NCBI RefSeq assembly: GCF_009834535.1
Contig: NC_045697.1
Span: 88,414,001-88,478,000, forward strand
Length of the DNA: 64,000 nt
Reading direction: 5' to 3'
From: Camelus ferus
Taxonomy: Eukaryota
Part shown: positions 61,046-64,000 of the stretch, piece after piece
How positions within the stretch are numbered: position 1 is the first letter of the stretch
Layout: each line of letters opens with the position of its first letter
Translations under genes and position numbers: made by a program
Notes under the pieces: model-generated
Databases searched by the model: none
Told to the model about the DNA's origin: nothing
The model's input: only the letters and a program-made list of their open reading frames with translations

Positions 61046-62807
61046 CACTCTGCCTGTCAGAGGACAGCCGCTGCGTGTCACGCGGCCACGATTGTTAGGG
61101 CTCTTACTGCGTTCATCACCTTTGAAAACTAACATGTTTCCCCTTAGTTTTGCACACTATAAGGAGAAAATGGCTGTCAAACAATCTGTAAAGCTTCTTT
61201 ATTTCTGAACAGCGTGAAAAAGAGAGTGACTCTCAGTTTTCCTGGTTAACGAAGACAACCGAGAATGTGGTGAGCTGTACTGAGAATTCGTCATTCTAGA
61301 ATATTTACATAGGGAAGTACTGTCTATAGAGAGAAACGTCCCTTCAAAGTAAGTGTTAAATCTTGAAAGAATAGGATTAGCTGAGAGAAAATTAAAAATT
61401 ATGGAGACAAACTAGCATCTTGGTGCTAATCTTGACAGAATTTTGTTATCTGCAACTGTTTATGGGCCAGCGGGAACGATTTCTGATGAGTTGCCCTACA
61501 TCTTACCACACATACATCATACACTGTACAAATGTATACTGGCACCCAGTCACTTATATAGATAATGCAATACAATGTTTTCCAATTAACTTTTATGGGA
61601 AAATTCTGTGACAGAAACTTCATTCTCATGAATATATCACATTTGAGTGTTTTGGTTCCAAGGACTATAGTCTGAATCCATGAGCTCTTGGATCCTTACC
61701 AGAAAACGACATAATTTCCAACCTTGCTGAATATTCCACACTCTCAGCAATCATGTTATATATGAAACCATAGGCTGAACTATTTCAAAAAACATCTCTG
61801 GATTGAAAAAAATGATTTATTCATATGGAAGTCAACATGAACCAGTTACTTTATGGAAATGGCCTCACGTATCAGGTGAATGATGTCTGGATAATTCTGC
61901 AGTTACAACTCCAGCAAACTAATGATGCCAAAGCATATATAATATTGTTCAACATATAATATTCATTGTATTTTTTAAGAAGCAAATTCCCTGTTTTCCT
62001 CAATCAATACAACTTCTCAAAATAGCAGGAAGAAATCCTTTTAGTTTTCCTTGGAATTGAAAGAAGAAAAGGGCAGGACATATATGTACCAACTTCTGAA
62101 AATTGTTTCCTGGGAAATATGAAACATGTTTATTTCAGAATATTAAAAATAAAGTGTCTACAGATGAAACAAATGTGATCCAGAAATACTTAATGTGAAA
62201 ATGGAAATCATAATTCTGAGCAAATGAGTACACCATCCACATTGCTCACCAGCGGAAGCAGGTGCGGGAGGGGGTGGTTAGAAAGAGGGGGCAAAAGTGT
62301 GGTGCTACAGGAGAGAAAACTATTTTCTGCTTGCTTCTCAGTTGTAAAGTCATTGTTCTGATGCAAAGATTCTCATCACAGCATCTTGGAATGACACAGA
62401 AGCAGTTGCTGAAGAAACTTAAAGCCTGAAAATTAGAGAAAGATGGAAAACTTGAGGACCACACAAATAGAAAGGAAATAGTGAGTTCTGTGGTTACAAG
62501 TATTTAGTGGCAGGCATTTTGCTGAGAAAATTAGAAGCCACTCCCTGCCCACCCTTGAGAATAGAATTAATAAAATATGTTATTAATAGACACAACTGAA
62601 AAACTTGTAAAACTTCAGAAAATGAAGAATCTTGCTCAGAGATCATTCACCTAGCAACACCAGGAAGAGAGAGAGAGAGACACTTAATTTTAACTTACTA
62701 AAGAAGAAATTAGAAATCAGAACCCCACACCATTTTAGCTGAAGTTTGTGGTATATAATTTTTCTTATGTTAACTGTGCAGTAAAATCTGTGTAGTTCTC
62801 TTTTCAT

Positions 62808-63230
62808 TGTGTGCTGCTCAGGGGCCAGACGATATTCAGATGGCACACTCAGAAGGGATAACTGAAGAGAGTTTTATAAAGGGACTATTTATGAAGTGTG
62901 GTAAGGACCAGGGGAACCGACACTGCATGGTTAAGCGCCCCAGTACTGGTACCAGCTGGGCAGTTACCAGACCCATTGAGAAGAGTAGTTGTCGGAGAGT
63001 GGCTACCCAGCAGGAGGCATGACTCTAATTAGAAAAAAATCAGCTGGTGCCGGACCAAGTGTTGACAGGGAGGCAGACTACGGAATAAATATCCAATGGG
63101 TCTCTCTTCCTCCCATCTCTTACCTGTGCCTCCTATTGCATAAACCCCACTAGGATCCAGAAGGAAAGAGGATATGGTTGATGTAGTAAATAGAAATGAG
63201 AACACCCAGTGCTACAAGAGGGTGTGACAG
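62808..63230 (-). mobile_element. ERV-L LTR remnant (LTR33-like; tentative)
   Basis: cagatggcacactcagaagggataactgaagagagttttataaagggactattta...ctgtgcctcctattgcataaacccc...ccagaaggaaagagg. Confidence 0.6.
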
Positions 63231-64000
63231 AGGAGAACCTGGTCACGTGCAAAAGCATTGTGGTAGTTTTCATGTCTTGAATTAAGACACGGTGGGTGAG
63301 GGAAATCCCATGAGATCAAGAGTCTGGTACTCAGAACCTGTAAACCCAGTCATCAGCAATTTTTATAGAAAATTTGCTTTAACAAGACTAATTTCTTCCT
63401 AGATGTATGTCAATATTCATGGGGCATTTTTTATGCCCTACAAAAATCAGAATTTGGCTTTAAGTATTCTGGGAAAAAACTTTCAGTTCTGAGATTTTTT
63501 TTCACCTTGACTAGTCTAGAAAAATATTAATCTGATTGCTTAAAAAATACATATATATTTGAGCCAATAGAAGCTGTCATTTAGACAATTGGAGAGAAGG
63601 AAAGTTAGAGTAGAGGAAGGAAACTTTTAAAACTATTATGAAGTAATCTCTGAGGCCCCACATATATGCACACATGTATTTTTGTGCATAATTAAGAGTG
63701 TTTAATCAGGCCCTCTACCCAAAAGAGACTTTACTTGGAAAGTACAGTCTGTTCACACTTAATATCCTTTAGAAGGTAAAATGTGGCAAAAAGTTTTGTA
63801 TGAAGAATAGAGACATAGGCACCACTATCTTGGGGGAAAAAAATCTTTTTACTCTTGTAAAGACTACGTATTACCTTATCAGCAGTTTCCAAAACACACA
63901 CAAAACTCCCTGAGAAATCATAGTGTGGCCGTCTAAATCAATCTCACTGTAGAAGATGATAGAACATTCTGTCAGTCACTTCCAGAAGTGAGAAATTTCA

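Overview
This is an AT-rich, repeat-dense stretch of a placental mammal genome, most likely a camelid. The evidence is four tRNA-Ala-derived Vic-1-type SINEs plus eutherian L1, L2, MIR, MaLR, ERVL, Tigger and MER20 relics. I found no intact protein-coding gene, RNA gene, CRISPR array or CpG-island promoter, so the window looks intergenic or deep-intronic. The recognisable ORFs are decayed transposon proteins: L1 ORF2 RT, an ERV-L dUTPase/integrase and a Tigger7 HTH. I found no evidence of a new multi-gene biological system. The most notable signals are small. They are a cluster of three perfect octamer (ATGCAAAT) motifs in 170 bp, a 15-bp perfect hairpin in unique DNA, an L1 with an internal deletion-inversion, and a poly(A)-only retrotransposition scar. 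Others are an 85-bp tandem duplication, nested transposon insertions, and templated micro-rearrangements. Repeat subfamily names come from recalled consensus sequences and need Dfam/RepeatMasker confirmation. Boundaries of old repeats are approximate.
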